From the NCBI GenBank assembly GCA_043786595.1, contig JAYVVW010000167.1:1-58818 (forward strand): a stretch of 58,818 nt of DNA. The letters are read 5' to 3'. The translations under genes and the position numbers were made by a program. Shown here in pieces: positions 10,213-20,520 of this stretch. The notes below the pieces were generated by a model that had not been told where the DNA came from, searched no databases, and worked only from the letters and a program-made list of their open reading frames with translations. How positions within the stretch are numbered: the stretch's first letter is position 1; every line of letters starts with the position of its first letter. The stretch comes from Sphingomonadales bacterium (lineage in GTDB: Bacteria; Pseudomonadota; Alphaproteobacteria; Sphingomonadales; Sphingomonadaceae).

Positions 10213-11223
10213 CTAATTGATCCTGACCTTGAAAGTGACGGTGCGCGTTTGCCCCCCCGCAACACTTCCCAGCGCGACCGAAACCGCATTGCTTGTGAAA
10301 TTGCCCGCGTCGCTATCTGTCGCGTCGCTCAATCCAGCGGCTTGCAGCGTAATCGTTCCGGGCTGGTAAGTGGTGTTTGCAGGGACGGCATCGCCGATCG
10401 CCGAATTGGTAAGCGTGCCGCTGCCGCTGATCGTTGCGACCAGCGTGTAAGTGATGATTGCGCCGGGCACACTGCGCGTTCCGCCGAACGGATCGGCGAC
10501 GACTGCGGTTTTGTTAAAGCTGATCGTTGCGTTTTGAACAAGGTAACGTCCGCGATCAACGCCGTCGGCACCCGTTGCTCCGACCACTGCCGCTCCGCCG
10601 CCCTGGCCCTGGCCTGCAAAGCTCGTACCGGGCGCGCCTGAACCCGTGGTTGCAGTCGCGGTCAGTTCGATCGTTCCGCGATCAAGGTCAATCGTGCCCG
10701 CAGGAACCGTTGAAAGCACGAACACACGCACTGAGGCGTCGGGCGCAAGGACGGGATCGTTTGAGCCTGCGATATAAACAGTGTCGACACCGGCATCATA
10801 AACGCCGTTGCCATTGCTATCGATGACGATTGACGTTGTCGTGGGATCGAACTGATCGCCGCCGATCGTTGCATTGGGCGTCAGGCGAAATGCTTCGCTG
10901 CCGTTACCAATATTGGTGATCGTGAAGCTCAAAATCTGGTTTGTCGCACCTGGCACAACAACGACATCGCCGGGGTCTGCCGTGGCGACGGTCACATCGA
11001 GCAGCTCATCGACAACGATGTCGACGGTGTTCGATGGCACTGCGACGGGGTTACCGCCAGCATCGGTGTAGGTTGCGGTTGCTGTATTACTGATCGTCGA
11101 TCCGGCCGTGGTTCCCACCGCCAGAGCAGGCTCTGAAAAACCGATCGTTGCCGTTGCGACGATGAGCGGCACGACGTGCGCAAGCCGCACATTCAATATC
11201 GCCCACTGCGTTCCCGAATTCAT
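10213..11223 (-). CDS. Secreted DUF11-like protein, paralog of 8587-9669
   Basis: Signal (..EPALA), GTTAGSTISNTAT, DSNGNGVYD, SFNK..PGAIITYT..GDAVP..TVTFKVRIN. Confidence 0.8.
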   Translation of the reverse strand: MNSGTQWAILNVRLAHVVPLIVATATIGFSEPALAVGTTAGSTISNTATATYTDAGGNPVAVPSNTVDIVVDELLDVTVATADPGDVVVVPGATNQILSFTITNIGNGSEAFRLTPNATIGGDQFDPTTTSIVIDSNGNGVYDAGVDTVYIAGSNDPVLAPDASVRVFVLSTVPAGTIDLDRGTIELTATATTGSGAPGTSFAGQGQGGGAAVVGATGADGVDRGRYLVQNATISFNKTAVVADPFGGTRSVPGAIITYTLVATISGSGTLTNSAIGDAVPANTTYQPGTITLQAAGLSDATDSDAGNFTSNAVSVALGSVAGGQTRTVTFKVRIN

Positions 11224-11272
11224 TATCTGCGTTCCCCGTTCTTTGGTCCGGGGTTCTTTGCACCGGGAATCG

Positions 11273-11288
11273 GTAAGAAATGATTAAC
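11273..11288. promoter_or_regulatory. Possible CtrA-binding site upstream of the DUF11 operon
   Basis: GTAA-N7-TTAAC, one mismatch to TTAA-N7-TTAAC. Confidence 0.4.
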
Positions 11289-11478
11289 TGGCGTCAACAA
11301 AAGCGACGTCATTTCTGAATGAAAATTAGCGATTTAGCCCGTTTTGGTGCAAACATTGATCCCAGTCCGCCGTCATGGCGTCAGCGTAGGTTGTCGCACT
11401 CGGTCGGCGCTGACGCTGCGCCACCTGGTCATGCATGTGTAAGGGATTTGAAAGATGGGTTTGGGTATCTGCGATGTC

Positions 11479-11507
11479 TTGACACTGATTTGCCGCTCGC
11501 CTAACAG
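11479..11507 (+). promoter_or_regulatory. Sigma70-type promoter for tRNA-Asp
   Basis: TTGACA-N17-TAACAG just upstream of the tRNA. Confidence 0.55.
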
Positions 11508-11524
11508 CCCCTCACCACATCCAC

Positions 11525-11601
11525 GCGGGTGTAGCTCAGTTGGTTAGAGCGTCGGCCTGTCACGCCGAAGGTCGCGGGTTCGAGTCCCGTCACTCGCGCC
11601 A
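11525..11601 (+). tRNA. tRNA-Asp (GTC)
   Basis: Acceptor stem GCGGGTG/CACTCGC, D-arm AGCTCAGTTGGTTAGAGC, anticodon loop CTGTCAC, GTTCGAG T-loop, encoded CCA. Confidence 0.97.
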
Positions 11602-11735
11602 TTCTCTGTGGTTCTACCTTGAGAATGAAATATCGGAAGTGCAGGGCGATTGTGCTGCACAGTGGAATTATCCATTCAATTCAAACGATTATGGCAGATT
11701 GTTGTTGTTTGACTGGATAAAGCTTCAACCGTTCG

Positions 11736-12413
11736 TTAGAACAGCGCGTTGAACTTTTGCACCGCTACGGCCGCACCCTCGGGATCATTCCACACCGCAG
11801 CGCTCACCGCGATGAAGTCTGCGCCTGCCGCTACAATCGGCGCGGCGTTGGCAGGCGTAATCCCGCCAATTGCAACGCAGGGCAAGTCGAACAGGGTCGT
11901 CCACCAGCCGAGAATTGATGCTTCGGCACGGTGCGTCGCAGCCTTGGTTTTGCTCGGAAAAAACGCACCGAATGCGACATAATCAGCGCCCGCTTCACCC
12001 GCCTCCATCGCGAGATGGCGGTTGTCATGACACGTAACGCCAATTTGCGCCGTCGGGCCGAGTAGCGCACGCGCATCTTTCGCATTGCCGTCGCTTTGGC
12101 CCAAATGGACGCCGTCCGCCCCCAGCGTCTTGGCGAGCGCCATGCTGTCGTTGATGATGAACGCGACGTCGTGTTCGGCACAGATCGTCTGAAGCGGCGT
12201 TGCAATCTTCATTGCATCATCGTCGTCTAAGTCTTTGACACGAAACTGGAAAGCCGCAACACCGCCGTCTGCGATCGCTCGGGTCAGTGTGTCGCCAAAA
12301 CCGTCCACAATCGCGGGTGGTGAGATCAGATAGAGTTGGCACGGCGGGCGCTTTTCACGCGCAAAACGGTCAGCAAAGCCGGGGTCGAGGATGATATCGT
12401 CAGATTGGGTCAT
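11736..12413 (-). CDS. thiE: Thiamine phosphate synthase
   Basis: QFRVK, IIND, DGVHLGQSD, GADYVAFG and VAIGGIT motifs. Confidence 0.9.
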   Translation of the reverse strand: MTQSDDIILDPGFADRFAREKRPPCQLYLISPPAIVDGFGDTLTRAIADGGVAAFQFRVKDLDDDDAMKIATPLQTICAEHDVAFIINDSMALAKTLGADGVHLGQSDGNAKDARALLGPTAQIGVTCHDNRHLAMEAGEAGADYVAFGAFFPSKTKAATHRAEASILGWWTTLFDLPCVAIGGITPANAAPIVAAGADFIAVSAAVWNDPEGAAVAVQKFNALF

Positions 12414-12459
12414 GGCGCTGCACTAACGCGGCTGCCGCGTTGTGCAAGCGCCACGCCGT

Positions 12460-13353
12460 TCAAACCTTTACCGTCGACGCATGGAAAATTTCGTCGATCG
12501 CGGAAGACAGCGATCCGTTGAAGCCGTCGTCATCCATCTGGTGACGCAGGTCTTCAAGCAATGCGCGCGAGAAACTCGCGATCATGCCCCTGTTCTGCGC
12601 AAGCTGTGCGCACGCTTCAGGGCGGGCAAAACCGCCAGAAAGCGCGACGACGCGCAGCACGCGTGGATGATTGACCAGCGGATCATACAGCCCCGCTTGT
12701 GCAGGGATGCTAAGCTTGAGCATCACCTTGTCATCGCCCGGCATCACGTCAAGTGCCTTCGTCATTTCTTCAAGCAGAATCTGATCGGCCGCAGCGCGCT
12801 CGACGCTCTTGATGTTGATTTCGGGCTCAAGCATCGGCACGAGGTCGCCTGCAAGCACCTGCTGACCGATTTCGATCTGCTGCTTGACGATTGCGGCGAT
12901 GCCTTCGCGATTGGCCAGATTGATGACCGACCGTTCCTTGGTGCCAAATACGCCCAGGCTTTTGGCGCGCGCAAGCAAATCATCAAGTTCGGGCATCGGT
13001 TTCATCATCTGAACGCCGTTGGCTTCGTCTTCCAACCCTTTGTCAATCTTGATAAAAGGGACAACACCGCGTGCCCAAAGTACGGCGGGTACGGGCTGGT
13101 CATTCGCGTTGCCGTTCATGGTTTTTTCAAACAGGATCGCGCCGATTACTTTTTCACCGTTGAAACAGGGCGATGTGATGATCCGCGTTCGCATCTGATG
13201 GATCATCGCATACATTTCTTCGTCGCCTGAATAGGCGGTTTCTTCGACGCCGTAGCCCTTGAGCGCTTTAGGTGTCGAACCACCGCTTTGATCGAGCGCC
13301 GCGATAAAGCCGTGGCCGCTGGCGATCTGTTCCATCATTTTTGACTGTGACAT
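12460..13353 (-). CDS. Fructose-bisphosphate aldolase, class I (bacterial type)
   Basis: GFIAALDQSGGSTPKAL, GTKERSVI and ALSGG motifs; glycolytic operon context. Confidence 0.92.
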   Translation of the reverse strand: MSQSKMMEQIASGHGFIAALDQSGGSTPKALKGYGVEETAYSGDEEMYAMIHQMRTRIITSPCFNGEKVIGAILFEKTMNGNANDQPVPAVLWARGVVPFIKIDKGLEDEANGVQMMKPMPELDDLLARAKSLGVFGTKERSVINLANREGIAAIVKQQIEIGQQVLAGDLVPMLEPEINIKSVERAAADQILLEEMTKALDVMPGDDKVMLKLSIPAQAGLYDPLVNHPRVLRVVALSGGFARPEACAQLAQNRGMIASFSRALLEDLRHQMDDDGFNGSLSSAIDEIFHASTVKV

Positions 13354-13402
13354 CGCGAATTCCTTATCTTGAGTTCAGGCCGAAGCCGATATGTGAAATC
13401 GA

Positions 13403-14599
13403 TCAGTTCGTTTCCAATGCCGCGACGCCGGGTAGTTCGCGACCTTCCATCCATTCGAGGAAAGCGCCACCAGCCGTTGAAATAAAAGTAAAATCTTTCG
13501 CCACGCCTGCTTGATTGAGCGCGGCTACGGTATCACCACCACCAGCGACCGAGATAAGCGATCCGGCGCTAGTCAGCGCAGCAGCCATCCTGGCAAGCGC
13601 GACGGTCGCCGCGTCAAACGGCGGCGTTTCAAACGCACCCATTGGTCCGTTCCACACAAGCGTGCGACAGTTTTTGAGGACATCGCCGAGCGCTTCGACC
13701 GCAGCAGGGCCAACGTCGAGGATCATTTCATCAGCGCGCACTTCATGGACGTTGACGGTGCGCGTTGGCGGATTGGCGCGAAACTGCGTGGCAACGACGA
13801 CGTCATAAGGTAGATGGACGGTGCAATTGGCGGCGTCTGCGGCGTCGAGGATTGCTTCGGCGGTTGCGGCCAGATCATGCTCGCACAAAGATTTGCCAAC
13901 GTTAATGCCGCGCGCTGCCAGGAACGTATTCGCCATGCCACCGCCGATGATGAGATGGTCAACGCGTGCAACCAGGTGTCGCAGCACGTCAAGCTTCGAT
14001 GATACCTTTGCACCGCCGACGACCGCTGCAACGGGCTTTTCCGGGGCGCCCAGTGCCTTTTCAAGCGCCTTAAGCTCGGCTTCCATCGCGCGGCCCGCAA
14101 ATGCCGGAAGCACATGGGCAAGCCCCTCGGTCGATGCGTGTGCGCGGTGCGCCGCAGAAAAAGCATCGTTGACGTAGAGGTCACCGAGCATCGCCATCTG
14201 CGCGACCAGCGCGGGATCATTGCTTTCTTCGCCTGGGTGAAAGCGGGTATTTTCAAGGACACAAATCGTTCCGCGCGGAAATTTCCGCACCGCGTCCGCT
14301 GCCGACTTTCCAGCACAGCAAACAAGAAATTCAACCGCGCGGCCAAGCACCGCAGCGAGCGCGGGCACCACCTGCGCAAGCGACATGTCAGCATTGACTT
14401 GACCCTTGGGGCGGCCAAAATGCGCGAGCACCAACACTGTCGCGCCGCGATCGGACAGTTCAGATAAAGTTTGAACTGTGGCGCGTAACCTTGTGTTATC
14501 GCTTACATGTCCGTCCACTATCGGCACGTTGAGGTCGTCGCGGACAAGCACGCGCTTGCCCGCAATATCACCCATGTCATCAAGCGTCCGGAATGCCAT
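13403..14599 (-). CDS. pgk: Phosphoglycerate kinase
   Basis: [32 protein letters not shown] and STAGGAFLE motifs; ATG overlaps gap stop. Confidence 0.97.
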   Translation of the reverse strand: MAFRTLDDMGDIAGKRVLVRDDLNVPIVDGHVSDNTRLRATVQTLSELSDRGATVLVLAHFGRPKGQVNADMSLAQVVPALAAVLGRAVEFLVCCAGKSAADAVRKFPRGTICVLENTRFHPGEESNDPALVAQMAMLGDLYVNDAFSAAHRAHASTEGLAHVLPAFAGRAMEAELKALEKALGAPEKPVAAVVGGAKVSSKLDVLRHLVARVDHLIIGGGMANTFLAARGINVGKSLCEHDLAATAEAILDAADAANCTVHLPYDVVVATQFRANPPTRTVNVHEVRADEMILDVGPAAVEALGDVLKNCRTLVWNGPMGAFETPPFDAATVALARMAAALTSAGSLISVAGGGDTVAALNQAGVAKDFTFISTAGGAFLEWMEGRELPGVAALETN

Positions 14600-15603
14600 C
14601 AGATCAGCTTGCCCATTGCGCCTGCGGTATCGACCATGCGGTTGGAGAAGCCCCATTCATTGTCATACCAGCTGACCACGCGGACGAGCTTGCCTTCGAT
14701 GACAGCAGTTTCAAGGCTGTCGACGGTCGAGCTTGCAGGGCAATGGTTATAGTCGATCGAAACAAGCGGTTCTTCGCTATAATCGAGGATACCCTTAAGC
14801 GTGCCTTGCGATGCGGCCTTGAGCGCCGCGTTAACCTCTTCGCGGGTCGTATCACGGCTCGGCGTAAAGGTCAGGTCGACGAGGCTGACGTTGGGCGTTG
14901 GCACGCGGATCGCAGACCCGTCGAGTTTGCCCTTGAGTTCGGGCAGCACTTCGGCAACGGCACGCGCAGCACCAGTTGTGGTGGGTATCATCGACATGCC
15001 AGCGGCGCGCGCGCGGCGCATGTCAGAGTGGATTTGATCGAGAATTTTCTGGTCATTGGTATAAGCGTGAATCGTGGTCATCAGGCCGCGTTCAATCCCA
15101 ATCGCATCGTTGAGCACCTTGGCAACTGGCGCAAGGCAATTGGTGGTGCATGACGCGTTTGAAACGATCTTGTGATCGGCGGTCAGCTTGGCTTCGTTGA
15201 CGCCGAACACGACGGTCAGATCAACGCCCTTGGCAGGCGCTGAAATCAGGACGCGCTTGGCACCGGCTGTTATGTGCTTGCCCGCCGATTCAGCGTCGGT
15301 GAAAAAGCCTGTGCATTCAAGCGCAATGTCGATGCCATTCGCGCTGTGTGGTAGGTTGGCCGGGTCACGTTCGGCAGTGACATGGATGCGCTTGCCGTTG
15401 ACGATGATGTCATTGCCGTCGGCTTCAACGGTGCCGGGGAAGGGGCCGTGGACGCTGTCACGCTTGAAAAGCAGCGCGTTTGATTTGGCATCGGCCAAAT
15501 CGTTGATCGCGACCAGTTCGAGCCCGCAGTCAGGACGTTCGAGGATCGCGCGGGCGACGAGACGGCCGATGCGGCCAAAGCCGTTGATTGCTACTTTGAT
15601 CAT
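14599..15603 (-). CDS. gap: Glyceraldehyde-3-phosphate dehydrogenase, type I
   Basis: [18 protein letters not shown] and WYDNEWG motifs. Confidence 0.98.
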   Translation of the reverse strand: MIKVAINGFGRIGRLVARAILERPDCGLELVAINDLADAKSNALLFKRDSVHGPFPGTVEADGNDIIVNGKRIHVTAERDPANLPHSANGIDIALECTGFFTDAESAGKHITAGAKRVLISAPAKGVDLTVVFGVNEAKLTADHKIVSNASCTTNCLAPVAKVLNDAIGIERGLMTTIHAYTNDQKILDQIHSDMRRARAAGMSMIPTTTGAARAVAEVLPELKGKLDGSAIRVPTPNVSLVDLTFTPSRDTTREEVNAALKAASQGTLKGILDYSEEPLVSIDYNHCPASSTVDSLETAVIEGKLVRVVSWYDNEWGFSNRMVDTAGAMGKLI

Positions 15604-15620
15604 ATCGTTAAAGACTCCTT

Positions 15621-17588
15621 CTAAAGCGCCAGTTTTGCAATGATTTGTGGTAAGATTTGATCGACACTCAAGCCAAAATGCGGGTAAAGCGCCTCAATCG
15701 GGGCGGACGCCCCAAAACTGTTGATGCCGATGTTGACACCGTCACGTCCGGTGTAGCGCTCCCATCCCATCGTGACACCCGCCTCGATCGAAACGATCAG
15801 CGCGTCACGCGGCATGATATCTGCCTGATACGCCGCGTCCTGCGCATCGAAGCGTGACCAGCACGGCATTGAGACAACATCGGCACCGGTGCCAGCAGCT
15901 TCAAGTGCATCCGCGACGCCAAGCGCAATTGCAACTTCAGAACCCGTCGCGAGCAACACGACGCGTCGTACTGCTGAAGCCGCGCGTAGCCGGTATGCGC
16001 CCTTCTCGCTCAAGTTAACCGAGGTATCTGTACGAAGTTGCGGCAAATTCTGGCGTGACAGCGCGAGCAGCGACGGCCCGTTCGCGTTCTCGACTGAAAG
16101 TTGCCAGCATTCGGCGGTCTCAACCGCGTCGGCAGGGCGGTACACATCAAGGTTGGGCATCATCCGCAAGCTCATGACATGCTCGACAGGTTGATGGGTC
16201 GGACCATCTTCACCAAGGCCAATGCTGTCATGCGACATGACATAGATGACACGCGCCTGCTGGAGCGCTGAAAGGCGGATTGCGGCGCGGCAATAGTCGC
16301 TGAACACGAGGAATGTACCGCCGTAGGGGATGATTCCACCGTGGAGCGCCATCCCGTTCATCGCCGCAGACATGCCGAATTCTCGGATGCCATAATAAAC
16401 ATATCTTCCGGAATAGTCGTGTTTAGTCAGCGGCTTGGTTGAAGTTGTTTTGGTATTGTTAGAACCCGTCAAATCGGCTGATCCGCCGATCATTTCGGGA
16501 ATAGCTGACGTCATCGCTTCAAGCGCCATTTCGCTCGATTTGCGCGTCGCGACATTGGCGGGTGTTGACGTCAAGCCATCTAAATAATCACGAAACGCGG
16601 TGTTTTGGGGAAGCGTGCCGTTCATACGCCGAGTGAACTCCGCGCCGTCAGCATGCGCCGCGAGGCGCGCGGCCCACTCGGCGTGGGCGGCTTTACCTGC
16701 GTCGCCGTAGCTGAGCCATGTCGCCGCGATGTCGGCTGGAATTTCAAACGGTGGCGATGTCCAGCCGAGTGCGACGCGCGCGGCAGCGACTTCATCACTA
16801 CCAAGCGCGGCACCGTGCGTGGCGGATGTACCCTGCTTGTTGGGTGCGCCTTTGCCGATGATCGTGCGACACGCGACCAGCGAGGGACGCGGATCGGCGC
16901 GTGCGGCGCTCAGTGCGCGGGCAATGTCCGCCGAGTCGTGGCCGTCGCATTGCTCAACATGCCACCCGGTTGCGGCAAACCGCGCGGGAATGTTTTCGCT
17001 CGTTGAAAGATCGGTCGCGCCGTCGATGGTTATGCGGTTGTCATCCCAAAGAACATTGAGACGCCCGAGCCCAAGATGCCCGGCAAGGCCGATCGCTTCG
17101 TGATTTATCCCTTCCATCAGGCATCCGTCGCCCGCAATTACCCAGGTTTTGTGATCAACCAGCGTATCACCAAAGGTTGCGTTCAAGTGCCGTTCGGCGA
17201 TCGCCATGCCAACCGCCATCGCCAGACCCTGACCAAGCGGCCCGGTGGTGCATTCGATGCCTTCAAGTTCAAAATTTTCGGGATGCCCCGCGCATGGGCT
17301 GTGCAACTGGCGGAAATTGCGAATGTCGTCGATCGTCGGCCGTGCATAGCCCGTCAGATTAAGCAGCGCATAAGCGAGCATTGATCCGTGTCCGGCGGAA
17401 AGGACAAATCGATCACGGTCTGGCCATTTGGGCGCAGACGGATCAAATGAGAGGAATTTGGAGAATAGCACGGTCGCGACGTCGGCCATACCCATCGGCA
17501 TGCCTGGATGGCCCGACTTTGCCGCCTCGACGGCATCCATCGAAAGCGCCCGGATAGCGTTGGCAAGATCTGGAAACGCAACGCTCAT
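15621..17588 (-). CDS. tkt: Transketolase
   Basis: [13 protein letters not shown] and GEDGPTHQP motifs. Confidence 0.97.
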   Translation of the reverse strand: MSVAFPDLANAIRALSMDAVEAAKSGHPGMPMGMADVATVLFSKFLSFDPSAPKWPDRDRFVLSAGHGSMLAYALLNLTGYARPTIDDIRNFRQLHSPCAGHPENFELEGIECTTGPLGQGLAMAVGMAIAERHLNATFGDTLVDHKTWVIAGDGCLMEGINHEAIGLAGHLGLGRLNVLWDDNRITIDGATDLSTSENIPARFAATGWHVEQCDGHDSADIARALSAARADPRPSLVACRTIIGKGAPNKQGTSATHGAALGSDEVAAARVALGWTSPPFEIPADIAATWLSYGDAGKAAHAEWAARLAAHADGAEFTRRMNGTLPQNTAFRDYLDGLTSTPANVATRKSSEMALEAMTSAIPEMIGGSADLTGSNNTKTTSTKPLTKHDYSGRYVYYGIREFGMSAAMNGMALHGGIIPYGGTFLVFSDYCRAAIRLSALQQARVIYVMSHDSIGLGEDGPTHQPVEHVMSLRMMPNLDVYRPADAVETAECWQLSVENANGPSLLALSRQNLPQLRTDTSVNLSEKGAYRLRAASAVRRVVLLATGSEVAIALGVADALEAAGTGADVVSMPCWSRFDAQDAAYQADIMPRDALIVSIEAGVTMGWERYTGRDGVNIGINSFGASAPIEALYPHFGLSVDQILPQIIAKLAL

Positions 17589-17726
17589 GTCGGGCCCTTT
17601 TTGGAAAAACGCGCACGGCCTGATTCGCCACCTGCGGCGCGTTGCTCTTTGTCGCGGACGATCGCGAACGTCAACCGTCGGTGCCTAAACGCTTGCTCCG
17701 CAAAAATGACGTGCTATGCCACAAAC

Positions 17727-17936
17727 ATGGGCAGTGAACGTAAATCAGCCGCGCTTTCGCGTATTGACCGTGCGCTGGAAAGAGTTGAGTTGGCACTGTT
17801 GCAACCGCGTGGTCGCGGCGGTTCGACTGAACTTGCGGAATTGGCGCGGCGGCATGATGCGCTCAAGCAAGAAAGCGTCCACACGCTCGCAGAAATTGAT
17901 AGTTTGATCGCGCACGCTACAGAGACTGTTGCGTAA
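17727..17936 (+). CDS. Small coiled-coil protein upstream of zapA (ZauP-like position)
   Basis: 69-aa helical ORF whose stop overlaps the zapA ATG. Confidence 0.6.
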   Translation: MGSERKSAALSRIDRALERVELALLQPRGRGGSTELAELARRHDALKQESVHTLAEIDSLIAHATETVA

Positions 17937-18250
17937 TGGCCGAAGTCATCCTCAACATCGGCGGGCATGCGCATTCGGTTATCTGCCGCGACGGTGAAGA
18001 GCCGCACCTCCTCAAATTGGGTAGCATCGTTGATAGCAAGGTGTGTGAAGCGCGCGCGGCAGTGGGCGGTATCGGCGACATCCGGCAATTATTGCTCGCG
18101 TCGCTTCTGCTGGCCGACGAATTGCTAGACGCGCAGACGACGCAATCCGCGCCTGCGGCGATCGTTGACGCAGCCGATGATGCTGAATTGCTCGAAAAGC
18201 TCGCGTCGCAGATTGAAGCACTCGCTCAGAGGGTTGAGAAAGCCGCATAG
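17936..18250 (+). CDS. zapA: Cell division protein ZapA
   Basis: V.L.IGG....C.DGEE.HL..L and LLLASLLLADEL patterns; tkt/6S synteny. Confidence 0.88.
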   Translation: MAEVILNIGGHAHSVICRDGEEPHLLKLGSIVDSKVCEARAAVGGIGDIRQLLLASLLLADELLDAQTTQSAPAAIVDAADDAELLEKLASQIEALAQRVEKAA

Positions 18251-18268
18251 TCGCCTTATATGATGACG

Positions 18269-18428
18269 TGGTGGGACTGCCCGGTGCGCGCTTTGTGAAC
18301 ATCCCTGAGGCGATTCAACATCCTAGGGGGCTGTCCCTGGGCAGATCTTGGTCTGCCTTATATGGTCCCCACCTGACGTTTACGGCGTCAGAGGATATTC
18401 CAGCAAACGGCCCATGGTGGTTCCACCA
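18269..18428 (+). ncRNA. ssrS: 6S RNA
   Basis: Lies between zapA and the 5-FCL gene (canonical position); ends pair (TGGTGGGACTGCC / GGTGGTTCCACCA); TTGAGA-N17-TATATG promoter upstream. Confidence 0.85.
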
Positions 18429-18455
18429 ACCCACCGCCGTGAAAGTAGGGCGACT

Positions 18456-19022
18456 GTGCTGAGCAAAGATGAACTGCGGCGGGCGCTTCGCACTACACGC
18501 CAAAATGTTGAAACTGCGTTGAAAAACGCGTTCTGGACGCATGCTCCCGCGCGTCCCGTCTTGGGATTGATCCAAGCCGAATCAATTGTTGGCTATTATT
18601 ATCCGCTTGGCTCTGAAGTTGATCCTTTGCCGCTTCATGAATTGGCAGGCGGTCGCGCAGCGCTTCCGTGGATCAGCGGCCGTAACGGCGAAATGATGTT
18701 TCGCACATGGCAGCCAGGACAAACGCTTGAGAAGTCGGCGTTCGGTTTTATCCAGCCGCGCGTTGATGCAAAAATCGTCGTGCCCGACATCATCATAGCG
18801 CCAATGGTCGGCTTTGATCGCGCGCTTGATCGGATTGGTCAGGGGGCGGGACATTATGACCGCTTTTTCGCAAAACATCCTGGCGCGTTCAGGATTGGGG
18901 TCGCCTTTGCGTGTCAGGAAAGCAATGCGCTTGCCGCCGATCTTTGGGATATCCAGCTCGACGCCATTATCACCGAGCGCGAATTTATTACTGCGCCGCA
19001 TTCAAGGATTGGCCAATCATGA
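18456..19022 (+). CDS. 5-formyltetrahydrofolate cyclo-ligase
   Basis: K.ELR N-terminus, P.VGFD, RIGQGAGHYDR; downstream of 6S RNA. Confidence 0.9.
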   Translation: MLSKDELRRALRTTRQNVETALKNAFWTHAPARPVLGLIQAESIVGYYYPLGSEVDPLPLHELAGGRAALPWISGRNGEMMFRTWQPGQTLEKSAFGFIQPRVDAKIVVPDIIIAPMVGFDRALDRIGQGAGHYDRFFAKHPGAFRIGVAFACQESNALAADLWDIQLDAIITEREFITAPHSRIGQS

Positions 19023-19228
19023 CCCCAACGCTGCGCAAACCCTTTGGAATGCTCATGATCCTCGCACTCATTGCGATATGGGCAGTCTTTGTGGTCAGCA
19101 TTTCGCCGTGGATCGCAGCACTTGCAGGCTGGTTGCAAGCGGTTTGCTATGCGTTTCTCGGGATTGTCTGGATTGCGCCGCTTGGGCCGATGTTGCGCTG
19201 GATGGAAACGGGTAAATTGCGCGATTGA
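19019..19228 (+). CDS. Small two-TM membrane protein (DUF2842-like)
   Basis: MTPTLRKPFG...GIVWIAPL..MLRWMETG; ATGA overlap with upstream gene. Confidence 0.75.
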   Translation: MTPTLRKPFGMLMILALIAIWAVFVVSISPWIAALAGWLQAVCYAFLGIVWIAPLGPMLRWMETGKLRD

Positions 19229-19663
19229 TCGCGCGCATTTCAGTCGCGATACCCCAGATTGCTTTGTCGGAAGAGTGCGGCAAAGGCACTGCTATTCGCG
19301 AGCGGACATGTGCAGTGTTTGGGCGCTGGCTTTGTGTAGCCAAAACAACCGGCAGCGGGCGGCGGTGCTGCTCGCAGGCGCATCAGACTGTCGGGACGTT
19401 CTTCAACTCCAACCATTACAAGCTCCGATATTCATTTCTGACCGATTGAACGGTCATCTCATGCTGGGCTTATGCGACTCGAGCGTTTGTTTTAATTGCA
19501 TGTTTTGCCGCGAATGGAATAAATTCGCCATTAACGACATTTTTTTCAGCGCCCTGAATATGGAAAAGCAATCCAGTGCAACAGTATCGCGCGCGCCTTG
19601 CCCCGCGTGGTTTGGGGCGCTAGAGCCGCGCAGCACACATACTCCACAATCAGGGTTCATCAA

Positions 19664-20227
19664 ATGAAAATCAACGCGGTCGAAATCCGTCCGGGCAATA
19701 TCTTAGAATATGAGGGCGGAATTTGGCGCGCTGTCAAAATCCAGCATACGCAGCCCGGCAAGGGCGGCGCATATATGCAGGTTGAAATGAAAAACCTGAT
19801 TGATGGTCGGAAGAATAACGTCCGGTTCCGGTCGGCTGAAACGCTTGAAAAGGTGCGGCTTGAGACGACTGATTTCCAGTTCTTGTTTGCCGACGGCGAA
19901 ACGCTTACCTTCATGGATAAGGCAACTTATGAACAGACGACGCTTGATGCGAGCATCCTCGGCGATGCGGCGGCGTTTTTGCAGGACGGTATGGACGTCG
20001 TCATGGAGCTGTGGGAAGCTCGCCCGATCTCAGTACAATTGCCCGACACGATCGAAGCGATGATTGTCGAGGCAGACGCGGTTGTGAAGGGACAGACGGC
20101 TTCATCTTCATACAAGCCGGCGATCCTTGAAAATGGCATTCGCATCATGGTGCCACCGCATATCGGCGCTGGCACGCGGATCGTCGTAGATGTTTACGCG
20201 CAGGAATATGTGAAGCGGGCTGATTGA
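19664..20227 (+). CDS. efp: Elongation factor P
   Basis: PGKGGAY and [12 protein letters not shown] motifs. Confidence 0.97.
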   Translation: MKINAVEIRPGNILEYEGGIWRAVKIQHTQPGKGGAYMQVEMKNLIDGRKNNVRFRSAETLEKVRLETTDFQFLFADGETLTFMDKATYEQTTLDASILGDAAAFLQDGMDVVMELWEARPISVQLPDTIEAMIVEADAVVKGQTASSSYKPAILENGIRIMVPPHIGAGTRIVVDVYAQEYVKRAD

Positions 20228-20230
20228 GGT

Positions 20231-20509
20231 TTGTACAAAAGTCTTTCCCAAAAGCTTAGTCGCAGTTTAGGCAAAATTAGCACGAAGCGGGCCCCATCAA
20301 GTGCCGATATGCGAACGCGGTTTCGGAAAAAGTGGTATATGTTCGTCCAAGGTTGTGAGTTATCCGGCCATACTTGGGACACAGAGACGGCCACTCATTT
20401 TCCGATTTGGTTGAAAGAAGAGATCAAGAGTTTCGGTACCGATCGATGGTTGCGCTATTTTGATCCATCGACTGGATCAAAGCGCATAGCTAAAAAGCAA
20501 AGAACCTAG
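20231..20509 (+). CDS. Hypothetical accessory ORF between efp and suhB
   Basis: 92-codon ORF filling the gap, AT-richer than its neighbours; start uncertain. Confidence 0.4.
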   Translation: MYKSLSQKLSRSLGKISTKRAPSSADMRTRFRKKWYMFVQGCELSGHTWDTETATHFPIWLKEEIKSFGTDRWLRYFDPSTGSKRIAKKQRT

Positions 20510-20520
20510 CAGGAAAAAAT

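Noticed and set aside
11602-11735. AT-rich segment after tRNA-Asp as a possible integration site
   Set aside because: No integrase and no duplicated tRNA 3' end found in the window
12442-13230. Long antisense ORFs, for example 262 aa opposite the aldolase gene
   Set aside because: Shadow frames expected in GC-rich coding DNA, with no recognisable motifs
19229-19663. 435-bp gap upstream of efp with short ORFs
   Set aside because: No convincing gene, RNA structure or repeat could be supported
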